Origin: Ruminococcus sp. CAG:488
Lineage (GTDB): Bacteria > Bacillota > Clostridia > Oscillospirales > Acutalibacteraceae
Direction: 5' to 3'
Assembly: GCA_000434055.1 (NCBI GenBank)
Contig: HF999647.1
Span: forward strand, 48,251-112,250
DNA length: 64,000 nucleotides
Position numbers and translations under genes: made by a program. Position 1 is the first letter of the stretch, and every line of letters begins with the position of its first letter. This document shows positions 29,824-40,816 of the stretch, one piece after another. Below the pieces are notes generated by a model that searched no databases, was not told the origin of the DNA, and saw nothing but the letters and a program-made list of their open reading frames with translations.

Positions 29824-31173
29824 TTAATCTCCTTTATCAATTTTAAAGCATTTATTATATCCCTCGACCCATGACAGAACACGCTTGCGGTCATATCGAA
29901 CGGGCATAGCTTTTGTTATCGCCATAACGGCGGCGATTCTTGTATTCATGCCGAGAACCTTTTTTGAAAGAACAAAATCGCTCATAACGCCCTTTACCTT
30001 GAGCTTGAGTGAGTTGAAATTCATGAGCTTTTCGATAAAGCACATGATGCTGTTGGTGTCTGCACCGATAGTCATATCGTTGGAATTGAGAATTTCGTTA
30101 TCAAAGAAATAATCAAGATCCTTCGGAGAAAAACGGGCGACCATAAGCTTAATAATTGCAATCGGAGCAAGGCCTGCGCCGAGTTTCTTATAAAAATCAC
30201 GCTGATATTTCCAAAGAGTATCCGCACTGAAAAGCTCGTCCTTATCGGCTATCACGGCATCGGCAAGAAGCCTTGCAGCCTTGAGACTGTTTGCAATTCC
30301 CGAGCCGATAATCGGAACGGTCATAAATGCGCTGTCACCGATCGCGGCATAGCCGTCGGCAACCAAAAGACCGAGCGGCTGACGAACGGGGATAGTGACA
30401 TACTGTCCGCCTCTGAGGCGTTCTGTGCCAAGGTCGTCGTTAAGTTCACGGAGTTTTCCGAGCGTGTCCTCCACCTCCGCATCGGTCAGCGGAGAGAAAC
30501 GGCCGATAAGAACGTCGGTGTATTCCTCGTCGTCGGCAACCCAGCAAATCTGCTGTTTGTTGTCAAAGAGAAGATAAACCCTGTACTTGTCGTCCTCAAC
30601 CGTAGCGGTTTTGTTATAAAAAGCACGGTAAACATAGAATGTATCGTATTTATCCGGCTCTTTCTGGATTCCGAGAGCGTCGGGAAGATTTTTACGAATG
30701 GGGGAGCTTATGCCTGCCGAGTCAATGACAAGGTCTGCGTAAATCGTCTCATCCTTTGTTTTTATTCCCGCCACTCTGCCGCCGAGCATTACGGGAGCGA
30801 GAATTTCGGTTTCATAGGAGAATTTCACGCCGCATTTTTCGGCATGGGCGATTATGTGGTTGTAAATATCCTTGCGTTCCATCTGAATCTCGAGCTGATC
30901 CTCGGGAACATGCTGCTTCAGTGTTTTGTTTCTTGACGGACTGAAAAAGGTCATATCGTTTTTTAGACGGTATTTATCTTCAGGCGGCATAGTCATTCCG
31001 CAGGCAAAAAGACCCTTGCGGTCAAAAATATCCGTCCAGTCGTATCCCATATCCTCACGCCTGTTCTTTTCATAAACAGTTACGTCGAAGCCGTGTTCAG
31101 CCAAAAGAGCGGCTGCGGCAATACCGCCGTGTCCGCCTCCGGCAACGATAATCTTTTTCCCCATTTTACACAC
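29824..31173 (-). CDS. FAD-dependent oxidoreductase (geranylgeranyl-reductase/halogenase-like fold)
   Basis: Rossmann dinucleotide-binding motif IIVAGGGHGGIAAA. Length 449 aa. Confidence 0.6.
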   Translation of the reverse strand: MCKMGKKIIVAGGGHGGIAAAALLAEHGFDVTVYEKNRREDMGYDWTDIFDRKGLFACGMTMPPEDKYRLKNDMTFFSPSRNKTLKQHVPEDQLEIQMERKDIYNHIIAHAEKCGVKFSYETEILAPVMLGGRVAGIKTKDETIYADLVIDSAGISSPIRKNLPDALGIQKEPDKYDTFYVYRAFYNKTATVEDDKYRVYLLFDNKQQICWVADDEEYTDVLIGRFSPLTDAEVEDTLGKLRELNDDLGTERLRGGQYVTIPVRQPLGLLVADGYAAIGDSAFMTVPIIGSGIANSLKAARLLADAVIADKDELFSADTLWKYQRDFYKKLGAGLAPIAIIKLMVARFSPKDLDYFFDNEILNSNDMTIGADTNSIMCFIEKLMNFNSLKLKVKGVMSDFVLSKKVLGMNTRIAAVMAITKAMPVRYDRKRVLSWVEGYNKCFKIDKGD

Positions 31174-31176
31174 TCC

Positions 31177-33390
31177 TTATTCGCAGTCTTCTATAAGACC
31201 GTAATATCTTGCATACCAGTACGGGTGAGTGAAGTTGATGCAGGTTTTGAGAACGAGACCTTTGTCATCGCCTGTTCCCGGGAACATTGTGTAAGCGGTC
31301 GGTTCATCGGATTTTTTGAATATTTCCTGTGCAACGTCCTCAGCTCCGCTGTCAACGGTGAAACGATTGCTGTCGTTGCTTGTTATTCTTCTTTCATGTG
31401 CCGGCAACGGCTCATAAAGCTGAGGAGGCATGCCAAGCTCTGCCGGAGACATATCCCACTTTAAATCCTTACGGTAGCTGTTGTAAAGAGGCCACATAAC
31501 CTGATCCATCGGCATATCCATAAGCTCGTCGATGCAATCGTCGGCATTGTACCATTCGCCGGTTACTGCGCCGTAAACAAAGTTGAAAAAAGCATTTCTC
31601 TCAACCTTTTCGTCCTCCCAGTGGTGGGTAAGACCCATGGCGAAGATTGAACGGAGGTTCGGATCGTCCGTATATTTCATCAAGAGTGAAATCATAAGGA
31701 AATCGTGGTTGTCGTCAATATGAAGGAGATGTCCGTCGGGAATCTTATACTGCATGAGATTCATTGCAAAGTGTTTTTTGCCGGCAAACTCAACGAAAAG
31801 CTTCTCATATTTTTCATCACCTGTGATGTGATAACCTATTTTGAGGAAGGTAAGCATCTGGAGCGAGTTCGTACCCTTTTCATATATCCACTTGTGGTCA
31901 TTGTTGAGAAGATCCGGATCCCAGTTTGCCCATGTTGTCGGCAGACCGTCGGAATCGACAAGGTGGAATTTGTTGTCGATAATATGGTCGAGAATTTTTT
32001 TGACCGTGTCCGCAATGAGCTTCTTTTCTTCATCATCCGCAACAAGGTCAAAATAGTTTGCATAGCAATAGAAATGACCGACAACCTCGTCCGACGAGGT
32101 CTCGCCGAGCCATTCGCATTCTCTGCCCTCAGCGTCCTTTGTAATGTGCCATTCATGGCGGGCGCCTGTACCGTAGTCAACGGCGTCGGAATATCTGATA
32201 GCACGGGCGAAGAAGCCTTCAATTCCTGTAATCTCGGTCAGCTTTATCATTGCAAGCAAGCTTCTGTGAGCGTCCTTGCGAACCTCGGGATCCTTCGTGC
32301 AGGCATATTCGAAGCAAAGAGCCGCCGTGTAGAGACCTGTCCAAAGCCCTTCATTGTCCGAAGCAAGAATATGACCCTCCTCGGTTGAGATAACTCCCTC
32401 ATGCTCGAGGTCACGGTCAATGACATAGCCATGGCGAACGTTATATTTTTCCGTTTGTGCACGAAGCTCGTTTGCCTTTTCTCTGAGTGATATCATTTTT
32501 GTCTCAAAAAGGCTTATGCCCTTATCTGTCGAAATACAAACCGAGCCGTCGGGAGAGATTGCAACGCCTGTTGCGTTCGGGCTCGGAAGCCAACGCTTAT
32601 AGCCGTAATACGAAAGTCTGCCGTTGTGCTGATGAATAAGACCCGTTGTCGTCGAGAAATATTTATCGCCGTTTTCTGCGATTGCCATACCCGTTATGTG
32701 AGCATCGGGCAGACCGTCGATTTTTGAATGATCAAGCCAATAGCTGTTGTCGTCATAGACACAAACGCCCTTGTCCGTGCCGACCCAAATGCTGCCGACG
32801 GGATCCATGTAAAGGCAGGTAATTGTGTTGCTGAGAATTCCGGTAACACCCTCCATGAGCTCCGACCAGTGCCAGCGCTTGCCGACGAGAGCATGAAGTC
32901 CGCCGCCTGCCGTGCCTACATAGACCTTGTTGTTCTTGTAGACGGCGAGGCAGCTTCCCTTGCCGGGAACACCGATTTCAATATCATAGCCGTTTTCGCC
33001 GAGCTTGTAGAGCACGCTCTCGGTCAAAATCCACGTTGCACCGTCAAGGTCAACTTTAATGTCAATGAGCTTGGAGCTGAACTTTTTCTCCGAAAGTTTC
33101 TTTTTGCCGTCAAATTCAAGCATTGAGTTGCCTACGCCGACAAACATATGATTTTCGGCATTGAAATAAATCATTGAGATGGCTGCATCTTTTGCCCCGA
33201 TTGAAACGGGTGAGAATTTTTCGCCGTCGAAACGTGCAAGACCCTTATCCGTGCCGACGAAAAGCACACCGTTATTGTCGAAACGCATCGCCGTAACGTT
33301 ATCGGATTTCAGCCCGTCTGCCGTTGTAAAAACTCGGCGTGTAAGCTGTGGAAATTTATTTGTTTTTATAACCGATCTGTATTGCCTCAT
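31177..33390 (-). CDS. 737-aa protein with an N-terminal beta-propeller-type repeat region and a C-terminal alpha/alpha-toroid-like domain, function unknown
   Basis: Repeated motifs of the form G-T-D-K-G-h-x-x-a-D (VGTDKGLARFD, VGTDKGVCVYD, ISTDKGISLFE). No signal peptide. The gene is only 3 nt from the downstream oxidoreductase. Confidence 0.45.
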   Translation of the reverse strand: MRQYRSVIKTNKFPQLTRRVFTTADGLKSDNVTAMRFDNNGVLFVGTDKGLARFDGEKFSPVSIGAKDAAISMIYFNAENHMFVGVGNSMLEFDGKKKLSEKKFSSKLIDIKVDLDGATWILTESVLYKLGENGYDIEIGVPGKGSCLAVYKNNKVYVGTAGGGLHALVGKRWHWSELMEGVTGILSNTITCLYMDPVGSIWVGTDKGVCVYDDNSYWLDHSKIDGLPDAHITGMAIAENGDKYFSTTTGLIHQHNGRLSYYGYKRWLPSPNATGVAISPDGSVCISTDKGISLFETKMISLREKANELRAQTEKYNVRHGYVIDRDLEHEGVISTEEGHILASDNEGLWTGLYTAALCFEYACTKDPEVRKDAHRSLLAMIKLTEITGIEGFFARAIRYSDAVDYGTGARHEWHITKDAEGRECEWLGETSSDEVVGHFYCYANYFDLVADDEEKKLIADTVKKILDHIIDNKFHLVDSDGLPTTWANWDPDLLNNDHKWIYEKGTNSLQMLTFLKIGYHITGDEKYEKLFVEFAGKKHFAMNLMQYKIPDGHLLHIDDNHDFLMISLLMKYTDDPNLRSIFAMGLTHHWEDEKVERNAFFNFVYGAVTGEWYNADDCIDELMDMPMDQVMWPLYNSYRKDLKWDMSPAELGMPPQLYEPLPAHERRITSNDSNRFTVDSGAEDVAQEIFKKSDEPTAYTMFPGTGDDKGLVLKTCINFTHPYWYARYYGLIEDCE

Positions 33391-33418
33391 GTAAACACTC
33401 CTATTTTTAGAAATATCC

Positions 33419-34099
33419 TTAATCGTTTATGTAGTCCTCAACATTAAAATTGTCGTCATCCGTGCCGAAGCTGTCTTTTTCACCTTCAACCTCGGGAATC
33501 TGCGCAATAACCTCAACCTTGCGACCCTGCGACCAGAGCGAGGGGGTGATTCTTATGGTATAGCCGCAGCCGCCTGGGGTCAGCCACTCATGCATAGGAG
33601 CCTGCGGCAGTCCGAAAAGGGTCAGGAGAGCCATAATAACTCCGCCGTGAGTGACGATTGCCGTGTGGGTCACTCCGGTTTCAATAAGGCCGTCAACGAT
33701 TTTGATAAATGCGTTTGCGATTCTGTTTGCAAATTCGTCATTGCTCTCGCCGAACGGAGGCTCAACGCCTTTTTTGCCTGCCAACCAGTCGGGAAAAACA
33801 GGGTGATTCTGTAATTCCTCCGCTGTCTTACCCTCAAATTCGCCGAAGTTATATTCAATCAGGCCGTTTATTACGATTGGTTCACAATTCGGATAGATAA
33901 TTTTCGCCGTTTGGGTGCAGCGTGAAAGCGGACTTGCAAAAACAGCGTCAACAGGCGGATATTTGTAGTCGGATTTCATCTGCTCAATCTGAGCTATGCC
34001 CTCGCGGCTGAGAGGCTCATCAATATGACCGACATATTTTCCGCTGACATTGCCCTCGGTCAGACCGTTGCGAATGAGTTGAATGTAGTATGATTTCAT
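33419..34099 (-). CDS. Histidine-phosphatase (phosphoglycerate-mutase-like) family protein with RNG in place of the catalytic RHG motif
   Basis: LIRNGLTEGN...GHIDEPLSREG...THGG match the family signature, but the nucleophile His is replaced by Asn. Confidence 0.6.
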   Translation of the reverse strand: MKSYYIQLIRNGLTEGNVSGKYVGHIDEPLSREGIAQIEQMKSDYKYPPVDAVFASPLSRCTQTAKIIYPNCEPIVINGLIEYNFGEFEGKTAEELQNHPVFPDWLAGKKGVEPPFGESNDEFANRIANAFIKIVDGLIETGVTHTAIVTHGGVIMALLTLFGLPQAPMHEWLTPGGCGYTIRITPSLWSQGRKVEVIAQIPEVEGEKDSFGTDDDNFNVEDYIND

Positions 34100-34167
34100 A
34101 TATTATTCCTTTTACCTACAATGCCCCGGCGCAGGACACACCGGGGACATTATTATTTTTTGATTTC

Positions 34168-35589
34168 TCAGCCTTTGAGGGTTTCCTTGTAAAGTCTGAT
34201 ATATGCATTTGCCGAGCGACCCCAACTGAAATCGCAATTGAGAGCACGAAGAACAAGCTCGTTCCAATCGCCGTTGTAGTAGAGAGTAAGCGCACGTCGA
34301 ATAGCGTCAAGCATATCGTGAGCATTGTAGCTCTTGAATGTGAAGCCGTTGCCCTTGCCGTCGCCGCAGTCGGTGATTGAGTCTCTGAGACCGCCTGTTT
34401 CACGGACGATGGGAACCGTACCGTAACGTAGCGCAACCATCTGTGAAAGACCGCAAGGCTCACTCTTGGACGGCATAAGGAACATATCTGCGCCTGCATA
34501 GATTTTTCTTGCAAGCTCGGGAACAAAGCCGATTCTTAAACCTACCTTGTCCGGATATTTTTCTGCGATCCAGCGGAAATAGCTTTCGTATTCATAGTCA
34601 CCCGAGCCGAGAACAACAAGCTGCATTTCCGAGGTGGCGAGAAGCTCGTCAAGAATTCCCTTAACGAGGTCGAGACCCTTATGGGAAACAAGCCTTGTAA
34701 CCATTCCGATTACGGGAACGCCGGGTTTGACGGGAAGACCCATTTCTTTCTGAAGAGCTTTCTTGTCAATCTTTTTGCCCGAAACATCGTCGGCGGAGAA
34801 GTTTGCCTTAATGCATTTGTCCGTTGCGGGATCATAGCCTACAGTGTCAATTCCGTTGAGAATACCTCTGAGCTTGTAGCGGCGCTCGTTGAGAATGGAA
34901 TCAAGACCGTGTGAATACCACGGGTCAAGGATTTCATCCGCATAGGACGGGCTGACGGTCGTAACCTTGTCGGCGCACTCGATGGCGCCCTTCATGAAGT
35001 TGATGCAGCCGTCATATTCAAGCAAAGAAGCCTTGTCGGCAGGGATTCCGAGAACGTCCTCAAGAAGCTCCTTGCCGTAAACGCCCTGATACTGAATGTT
35101 ATGAATCGTGAAAATCGTCTTTATATTTTCGTAGCCCGGTGAGTTTGCATACATTGCCGAATAGTAAACGGGAGTAAGAGCAGTCTGCCAGTCGTTGCAA
35201 TGAATAATATCGGGCTTGAAATCAATATAAGGGATTATCTCAAGAACGGCACGGGAAAAGAAAGCAAATCTTTCCGCATCGTCATAGTGTCCGTAGATTG
35301 TGTCACGCTTGAAATAATACTGGTTGTCAATAAGATAATAGATAACGCCGTTATATTTTGCTTCAAAAATTCCGCAATACTGACGTCGCCATGCAACGGG
35401 AACAGAAATGTGAGTGATAAACTTCATTGTGTCCTTGAGCTCTTGCTTGATCGTGTCATACATCGGAAGAACGACACGGCAGCCGATAAGCCTTTTTCTC
35501 AGCGCATGCGGCAGAGATCCTGCAACATCACCGAGTCCGCCGCTCGCAATGAACGGGAGCGCCTCTGAGGTGGCATATAAAACTTTCAT
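34168..35589 (-). CDS. glgA: Glycogen synthase
   Basis: N-terminus MKVLYATSEALPFIASGGLGDV with the KxGGL-type motif. Length 473 aa. Confidence 0.92.
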   Translation of the reverse strand: MKVLYATSEALPFIASGGLGDVAGSLPHALRKRLIGCRVVLPMYDTIKQELKDTMKFITHISVPVAWRRQYCGIFEAKYNGVIYYLIDNQYYFKRDTIYGHYDDAERFAFFSRAVLEIIPYIDFKPDIIHCNDWQTALTPVYYSAMYANSPGYENIKTIFTIHNIQYQGVYGKELLEDVLGIPADKASLLEYDGCINFMKGAIECADKVTTVSPSYADEILDPWYSHGLDSILNERRYKLRGILNGIDTVGYDPATDKCIKANFSADDVSGKKIDKKALQKEMGLPVKPGVPVIGMVTRLVSHKGLDLVKGILDELLATSEMQLVVLGSGDYEYESYFRWIAEKYPDKVGLRIGFVPELARKIYAGADMFLMPSKSEPCGLSQMVALRYGTVPIVRETGGLRDSITDCGDGKGNGFTFKSYNAHDMLDAIRRALTLYYNGDWNELVLRALNCDFSWGRSANAYIRLYKETLKG

Positions 35590-35637
35590 CTAAATCATCC
35601 TTTCTTAAAAGCAATACCGTTAGTTTTGCGGCATGTT

Positions 35638-36747
35638 TTAGATTACTATTCCCTTTCCGATAAATACAGGGAACTTGACATCGCCCGAAAGATTTTTGTT
35701 GGGCTTGATAACAACATTTTTGTCGGCGATAACGCAGTTGAGTTTAACGTCGTCGCTTATATATGTGTTCTGCATGAGCACGCAGTTTTTAACCACGGCA
35801 CCCTTGCCGATATGAACGCCTCTGAAAAGAACGCTGTTTTCGACGGTGCCCTCAATTACGCAGCCGTCCGCAATGAGCGAATTGGAAGCGTTGGAATCAA
35901 GACCGTAGATAGCCGGTACATCGTCCTTGACCTTTGTGAATACGGGCTTTTCTTTTGCAAAAAGCGCCTTGCGATTCTCTTTCTTGAGAAGATCCATGTT
36001 TGCTTCAAAATAGCTCTGAATTCCGTCAATAACCTTAACGTAGCCGTTAAACTCGCAGCCGTAAATCTTCAGCGAGTTAATGTTCTTCTGGAGAACGTCC
36101 TTGGTGAACGAATGATAGCCGAGACCGATTGCTTCCGAAATAAGTCTTTCAAGAAGCGACTTTCTCATAAAGATAACATTGAGCGAATAGTTTGCCTCGT
36201 CGTCGCTGCGGCGGCTGATCGAAGTGATTCTGCCGTCGTCCGCAAGCTCAAATTTTGTAAGCTCTCTTATTGCCGGAGCGGGAGAACTTTTGTAGGCGAT
36301 TGTGATATCTGCGCCCGATTTTTCGTGACGCTCGAACATATCCGTGAAGTCAACATTATATATAGCGTTGCAATCCGTCATAAGGACATATTCCTCCTCC
36401 GAGTTGCGAAGGAAATTCATTGCGCTGGAAATAGCTTCAATTTTGTTTGAGTAAATTCCCGTTGTGCCGATATTGAAGGGCGGGAGAAGATAAAGTCCGC
36501 CGTTTTTACGGGAAAGATCCCATGCTCTGCCGTGTCCGACGTGATCCATGAGTGACTGATAATTGCTCTTTGTAATGATGCCGACCTTGCCGATTCCGCT
36601 GTTTACCATTGCGGAAAGCTGAAAGTCGATAAGGCGGTAGCGGCAGCCGTAAGGCACGGAACCCATGGAGCGAACCGACGTTATCTCGCTGAGATAATTG
36701 TCATATGTATTTGAAAAAATAAGTCCGAGTACATTATTTGCTCTCAT
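35638..36747 (-). CDS. glgD: Glucose-1-phosphate adenylyltransferase regulatory subunit GlgD
   Basis: 369 aa GlgC paralog lacking the GGxGxRL motif (MRANNVLGLIFSN...). Confidence 0.8.
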   Translation of the reverse strand: MRANNVLGLIFSNTYDNYLSEITSVRSMGSVPYGCRYRLIDFQLSAMVNSGIGKVGIITKSNYQSLMDHVGHGRAWDLSRKNGGLYLLPPFNIGTTGIYSNKIEAISSAMNFLRNSEEEYVLMTDCNAIYNVDFTDMFERHEKSGADITIAYKSSPAPAIRELTKFELADDGRITSISRRSDDEANYSLNVIFMRKSLLERLISEAIGLGYHSFTKDVLQKNINSLKIYGCEFNGYVKVIDGIQSYFEANMDLLKKENRKALFAKEKPVFTKVKDDVPAIYGLDSNASNSLIADGCVIEGTVENSVLFRGVHIGKGAVVKNCVLMQNTYISDDVKLNCVIADKNVVIKPNKNLSGDVKFPVFIGKGIVI

Positions 36748-36750
36748 TGC

Positions 36751-37962
36751 TTACGCCTCCTTTACATCTTCGCCGATCATTGCTTTCGGCTCAACTGTTG
36801 CGCCCTTGCCGATGTTGACTCCCATTCCGACAACGGAAACGCCCCAATCGTCGAGATTTTCCATTTCCTCGGGTCGCTTGCCGACTCTTGCTTTTTCTTC
36901 AACGGTAACGTTTTCGGCAACGATTGCATACTGAACAACTGCGCCCTTTTTAATTACACTGCCGGGCATCACGATCGAATCCTTGACTACAGCACCGTCC
37001 TCGACGGTTACGTTTGCAAAGAGCACGGAGAAATCAACCTCGCCCTCAATTTCGCATCCCTCGGCAACCATTGAATTCTGCACCTTTGCGGTGTCGGAAA
37101 CATAGTGAGGGCCTGTGATCGGGTCTTTTGCGTAAATTCTCCAGCTTGTGTCCGTCAGGTCAAGGTCAACCTTCGGATTGAGCAGGTCAAGATTAGCCTC
37201 CCAAAGGCTGTCGATAGTTCCGACGTCCTTCCAGTAGCCGTCAAATTCATAGGCGAAAAGCCTCTCGTGGGCGGCGTGCATTGCAGGAATAAGATCCTTG
37301 CCGAAGTCGTTGCTTGAGTTCGGATTAGCCTCGTCGTCAAGCAGGTATTGCCTGAGTTTCTTCCATGAGAAAACGTAAACGCCCATCGAAGCCTTGTTTG
37401 AACGGGGGTTCTTTGGCTTCTCCTCAAATTCGGCAATCGAGCCGTCGTCGTTGACAAGCATAAGACCGAAGCGTGAAGCCTCCTCCCACGGAACTTCAAG
37501 CATTGCTATTGTGCAGTCTGCATTTTTCTCCTTGTGGAAAGAAAGCATCTTGGAATAGTCCATTTTGTAGATATGGTCTCCCGAAAGAACGAGAACATAT
37601 TCGGGGTCATATCTGTCTATAAAGTTGATGTTCTGATAGATTGCATTTGCCGTGCCCTTGTACCATTCGGTACCCGATATCTGCTGATAGGGGGAGAGGA
37701 TGTGAACGCCGCCGTCGGCACGGTCAAGATCCCAAGCCTGTCCGTTGCCGATGTAATCGTTCAACTCAAGCGGCTGATACTGAGTCAGAACACCGACGGT
37801 GTAGATGCCGGAATTCACGCAGTTTGAAAGAGGGAAATCGATAATTCGGTATTTTCCGCCGTAAGGAACGGCAGGTTTTGCAATGTTTTTTGTCAGAATA
37901 CCAAGGCGGCTTCCCTGTCCGCCTGCAAGAAGCATTGCGATACACTCATGTTTTCGGGACAT
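36751..37962 (-). CDS. glgC: Glucose-1-phosphate adenylyltransferase
   Basis: Motifs LAGGQGSRL and [14 protein letters not shown]. Length 403 aa. Confidence 0.92.
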   Translation of the reverse strand: MSRKHECIAMLLAGGQGSRLGILTKNIAKPAVPYGGKYRIIDFPLSNCVNSGIYTVGVLTQYQPLELNDYIGNGQAWDLDRADGGVHILSPYQQISGTEWYKGTANAIYQNINFIDRYDPEYVLVLSGDHIYKMDYSKMLSFHKEKNADCTIAMLEVPWEEASRFGLMLVNDDGSIAEFEEKPKNPRSNKASMGVYVFSWKKLRQYLLDDEANPNSSNDFGKDLIPAMHAAHERLFAYEFDGYWKDVGTIDSLWEANLDLLNPKVDLDLTDTSWRIYAKDPITGPHYVSDTAKVQNSMVAEGCEIEGEVDFSVLFANVTVEDGAVVKDSIVMPGSVIKKGAVVQYAIVAENVTVEEKARVGKRPEEMENLDDWGVSVVGMGVNIGKGATVEPKAMIGEDVKEA

Positions 37963-37975
37963 TATTATTCCTCCT

Positions 37976-39907
37976 TTATTTGCTGACCTTATCGGTCGTG
38001 ATTTTTTTTGTTTTTTTTCTCTGTGCCGGCGGCGTCAGATAGATAACGCTCAGCCCGGCAAGGTCAAGCACTATGCTGTTTTTAAAGCCGTGCATCGGAA
38101 CTTTTTCACTTTTAACCTTAACTGCGGTTCCCTTGCCGCTTCCGCCGAAGCTCTCGTCATCCGTGTTGAGAATAACTTTATAAGTTCCTGCTCTCGGTAC
38201 GCCGATTCGGTAGCCGCTGCGCTCAACATTAGTGAAGTTGCAAACCGCAATAATTTCTTTTTTATTCTTATCGATTCTTCTGAAAGAAATAACAGAATTG
38301 TCAATGTCGTCGTTGCTTATCCAGTTGAAGCCCTCCCAGTCATAGTCGATCTGCCAGAGAGGACTCTGCTTTTTGTAGATAGTGTTAAGAGTGCGGACAT
38401 AGCTTTGCATTTGAGCGTGCTTTTCATAGTCGAGCAGAAGCCAGTCGAGACCCTGCTTATAATTCCACTCAATGAATTGGGCAAATTCCTGACCCATGAA
38501 AAGCAGTTTCTTGCCCGGGTGAGCGGTCATGTATGCATAGAAAGCTCTCAGTCCCGCAAATTTTTCATCATATTCGCCCGGCATTTTGCCTATCATGGAG
38601 CATTTTCCGTGAACGACCTCATCGTGTGAAATCGGAAGAACAAAATTCTCCGAAAAAGCGTAGAAAAATGAGAACGTCAGGCAGTTATGATTGAATTTTC
38701 TGTAAATTCCGTCCATTGAAAAATATTTCAGACAGTCATTCATCCAACCCATGTTCCATTTAAAATTAAATCCGAGACCTCCGTCGCAGACAGGCTTTGA
38801 AACCAGTGGCCATGAGGTGCTTTCCTCGGCAATCATCATGACGTCGGGATGCTCACGGAAAATAAGGACATTGAGATTCTGCAAAAACTGAACCGCTTCA
38901 AGGTTTTCTCTGCCGCCGTTTTTGTTGGCTATCCATTCGCCGTCGTTTCTGCCGTAGTCAAGATAAAGCATTGAGGCAACGGCGTCAACGCGAAGTCCGT
39001 CAACGTGATATTTTTCAAGCCAGAACATTGCCGATGAGGTAAGGAAGCTTCTGACCTCGTTACGGCCGTAGTCGAAAATTTTTGTGCCCCATTGCAAATG
39101 CTCTCCTTTGCGGATATCCTCGTATTCGTAGCAGCACTGTCCGTCAAATTCAAACAGGCCGTGTGCGTCCTTCGGGAAATGAGCGGGAACCCAGTCAAGA
39201 ATAACGCCGATTCCCTCTCTGTGGCACTTGTCAACAAAGTACATGAAGTCCTTCGGCTCGCCATATCGAGAGGTCGGGGCAAAATAGCCGGTTACCTGAT
39301 AGCCCCATGAACCGTCAAACGGATGTTCGCATATCGGAAGCAACTCTATATGAGTATAACCCATATCTTTGACATATTTTGTCAATTCGTCTGCTAACTG
39401 ACGGTAGGAAAGAAAATTTCCGTCCTCATGCTGTTTCCATGATCCCGCATGAACCTCGTAAATATTGACGGGACTTTCATAAATATTTACGGATTTTCTT
39501 TCGGCCATCCATTTTTCGTCTTTCCATTCATATCCGTCAATGTCGTAGAACTTTGATGCGGTTTCCGGCCGTGTTTCGGCATGGAATCCGTAAGGATCCG
39601 CCTTGTAGCGAAGTTCGCCCGACGGAGTGGTTATGCAGTATTTGTAGTTATCAAACTGCTTTATTCCTTTTATTTTACATTCCCAAACGGCGTTGTCCTC
39701 AAGTTTCTTCATCGGGTCGGCTTCAATATCCCATTCGTTAAAATCGCCTACCACGCTGACCGCCGCCGCATGGGGCGCCCAAACACGGAACACAACCCCG
39801 TCCCTGCCCGAACGGTGAGAACCGAGAAAATCATAGGTCTTGGCATTCTGACCCTGATGAAAAAGGTAAAGGGGAACGTCGTTTACACTTGTTTTTTTCT
39901 TTTTCAT
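37976..39907 (-). CDS. glgB: 1,4-alpha-glucan branching enzyme
   Basis: 643 aa, GH13 family, with a CBM48 N-terminus and a catalytic (beta/alpha)8 domain containing the GH13 triad Asp-Glu-Asp in GxRVDAV and EESTSW. Confidence 0.9.
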   Translation of the reverse strand: MKKKKTSVNDVPLYLFHQGQNAKTYDFLGSHRSGRDGVVFRVWAPHAAAVSVVGDFNEWDIEADPMKKLEDNAVWECKIKGIKQFDNYKYCITTPSGELRYKADPYGFHAETRPETASKFYDIDGYEWKDEKWMAERKSVNIYESPVNIYEVHAGSWKQHEDGNFLSYRQLADELTKYVKDMGYTHIELLPICEHPFDGSWGYQVTGYFAPTSRYGEPKDFMYFVDKCHREGIGVILDWVPAHFPKDAHGLFEFDGQCCYEYEDIRKGEHLQWGTKIFDYGRNEVRSFLTSSAMFWLEKYHVDGLRVDAVASMLYLDYGRNDGEWIANKNGGRENLEAVQFLQNLNVLIFREHPDVMMIAEESTSWPLVSKPVCDGGLGFNFKWNMGWMNDCLKYFSMDGIYRKFNHNCLTFSFFYAFSENFVLPISHDEVVHGKCSMIGKMPGEYDEKFAGLRAFYAYMTAHPGKKLLFMGQEFAQFIEWNYKQGLDWLLLDYEKHAQMQSYVRTLNTIYKKQSPLWQIDYDWEGFNWISNDDIDNSVISFRRIDKNKKEIIAVCNFTNVERSGYRIGVPRAGTYKVILNTDDESFGGSGKGTAVKVKSEKVPMHGFKNSIVLDLAGLSVIYLTPPAQRKKTKKITTDKVSK

Positions 39908-40238
39908 TGCGTCACCTCGACAAACAAAGAAATAGTTATTGGTATTATATTTTTATACATTATATATTGTATCAAAAACAAAAGTAAAATTCAAGCCGTT
40001 TTTGATTATTATATTCAAATCAAATGTAAAAAATTGTCGCATTATTTGTGTACTTTGTTACAAAAGGAACGAAAGCAGCGCCTAAAACAGTTTTTGTCTT
40101 TTCGAAAGAATAATATGTGAAAAACTGTAAAGAGAAATAACAAAAAGTTTTCGGGTTATATTATTGACGCACAGGGAAAAAGTTCAATTTTATAAAAAAG
40201 GAGCCGTTCCGAATAATTTTCAAAACAGCTCATTGAGT

Positions 40239-40565
40239 TTAATCTATCCGATGTCCCTTGACCTTGATATTACCGATAAAGGGAAGCTTTGCCGTGCCTA
40301 CGACGATATCTTTGTCAAAGGTTGCGGTGACGGGGATTTTTTTGCCCTTAAACATGTCGCTTTCCGCAACGGCACGCAAGGTGTTTCCTTCCTCAATAAC
40401 ATCCGTGACAATGAATTCGGGAACATTTTCGCCGACTATTTCAAGCTTGAAATCATATTTCCCGTTGTTGTCGCTTATTGTAACTCTGCCTGTTCCTTTG
40501 AAAAGCATTGTATTGATTGAGGCTTCCCATTTGCCGATTCCTATCATTTTTTGCGCTCCGTTCAT
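40239..40565 (-). CDS. Hypothetical small beta-rich protein (108 aa)
   Basis: A non-overlapped intergenic ORF whose codon usage resembles neighbouring genes. The RBS is weak. The competing + strand ORF 40164..40520 lacks a plausible start context. Confidence 0.35.
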   Translation of the reverse strand: MNGAQKMIGIGKWEASINTMLFKGTGRVTISDNNGKYDFKLEIVGENVPEFIVTDVIEEGNTLRAVAESDMFKGKKIPVTATFDKDIVVGTAKLPFIGNIKVKGHRID

Positions 40566-40717
40566 TTTTTCTTTAGCGTATCATATTTCAACAGGGCTGT
40601 CAACCGAAAATAAAGCTTATGTGATCATAAAAAGGAAAAAACAGATATGATTCTGTTATCTATTTACTATAAATAGATAATATTTTGCCAAATAAAACAA
40701 ATATACAGAACGTTTGC

Positions 40718-40746
40718 TTGACTTTAGTGAAATAATATATTAAAAT
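40718..40746 (+). promoter_or_regulatory. Candidate sigma-A promoter of the polysaccharide locus (TTGACT, 17-bp spacer, TAAAAT)
   Basis: Sequence TTGACTTTAGTGAAATAATATATTAAAAT, about 70 bp upstream of the GTG start of the first locus gene. Confidence 0.4.
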
Positions 40747-40816
40747 AAAACAGTGTATATTAGGGGCAGAATCGAAAGATCAAGAAAAGGATTTTTTAAT
40801 TGGGAGGTCAATTGTT

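Noticed and set aside
40164-40520. + strand 118-aa ORF in the glgB to polysaccharide-locus gap
   Set aside because: It has a non-ATG start, and the only SD-like sequence is more than 40 nt from any ATG. The minus-strand ORF 40239..40565 looks more protein-like.
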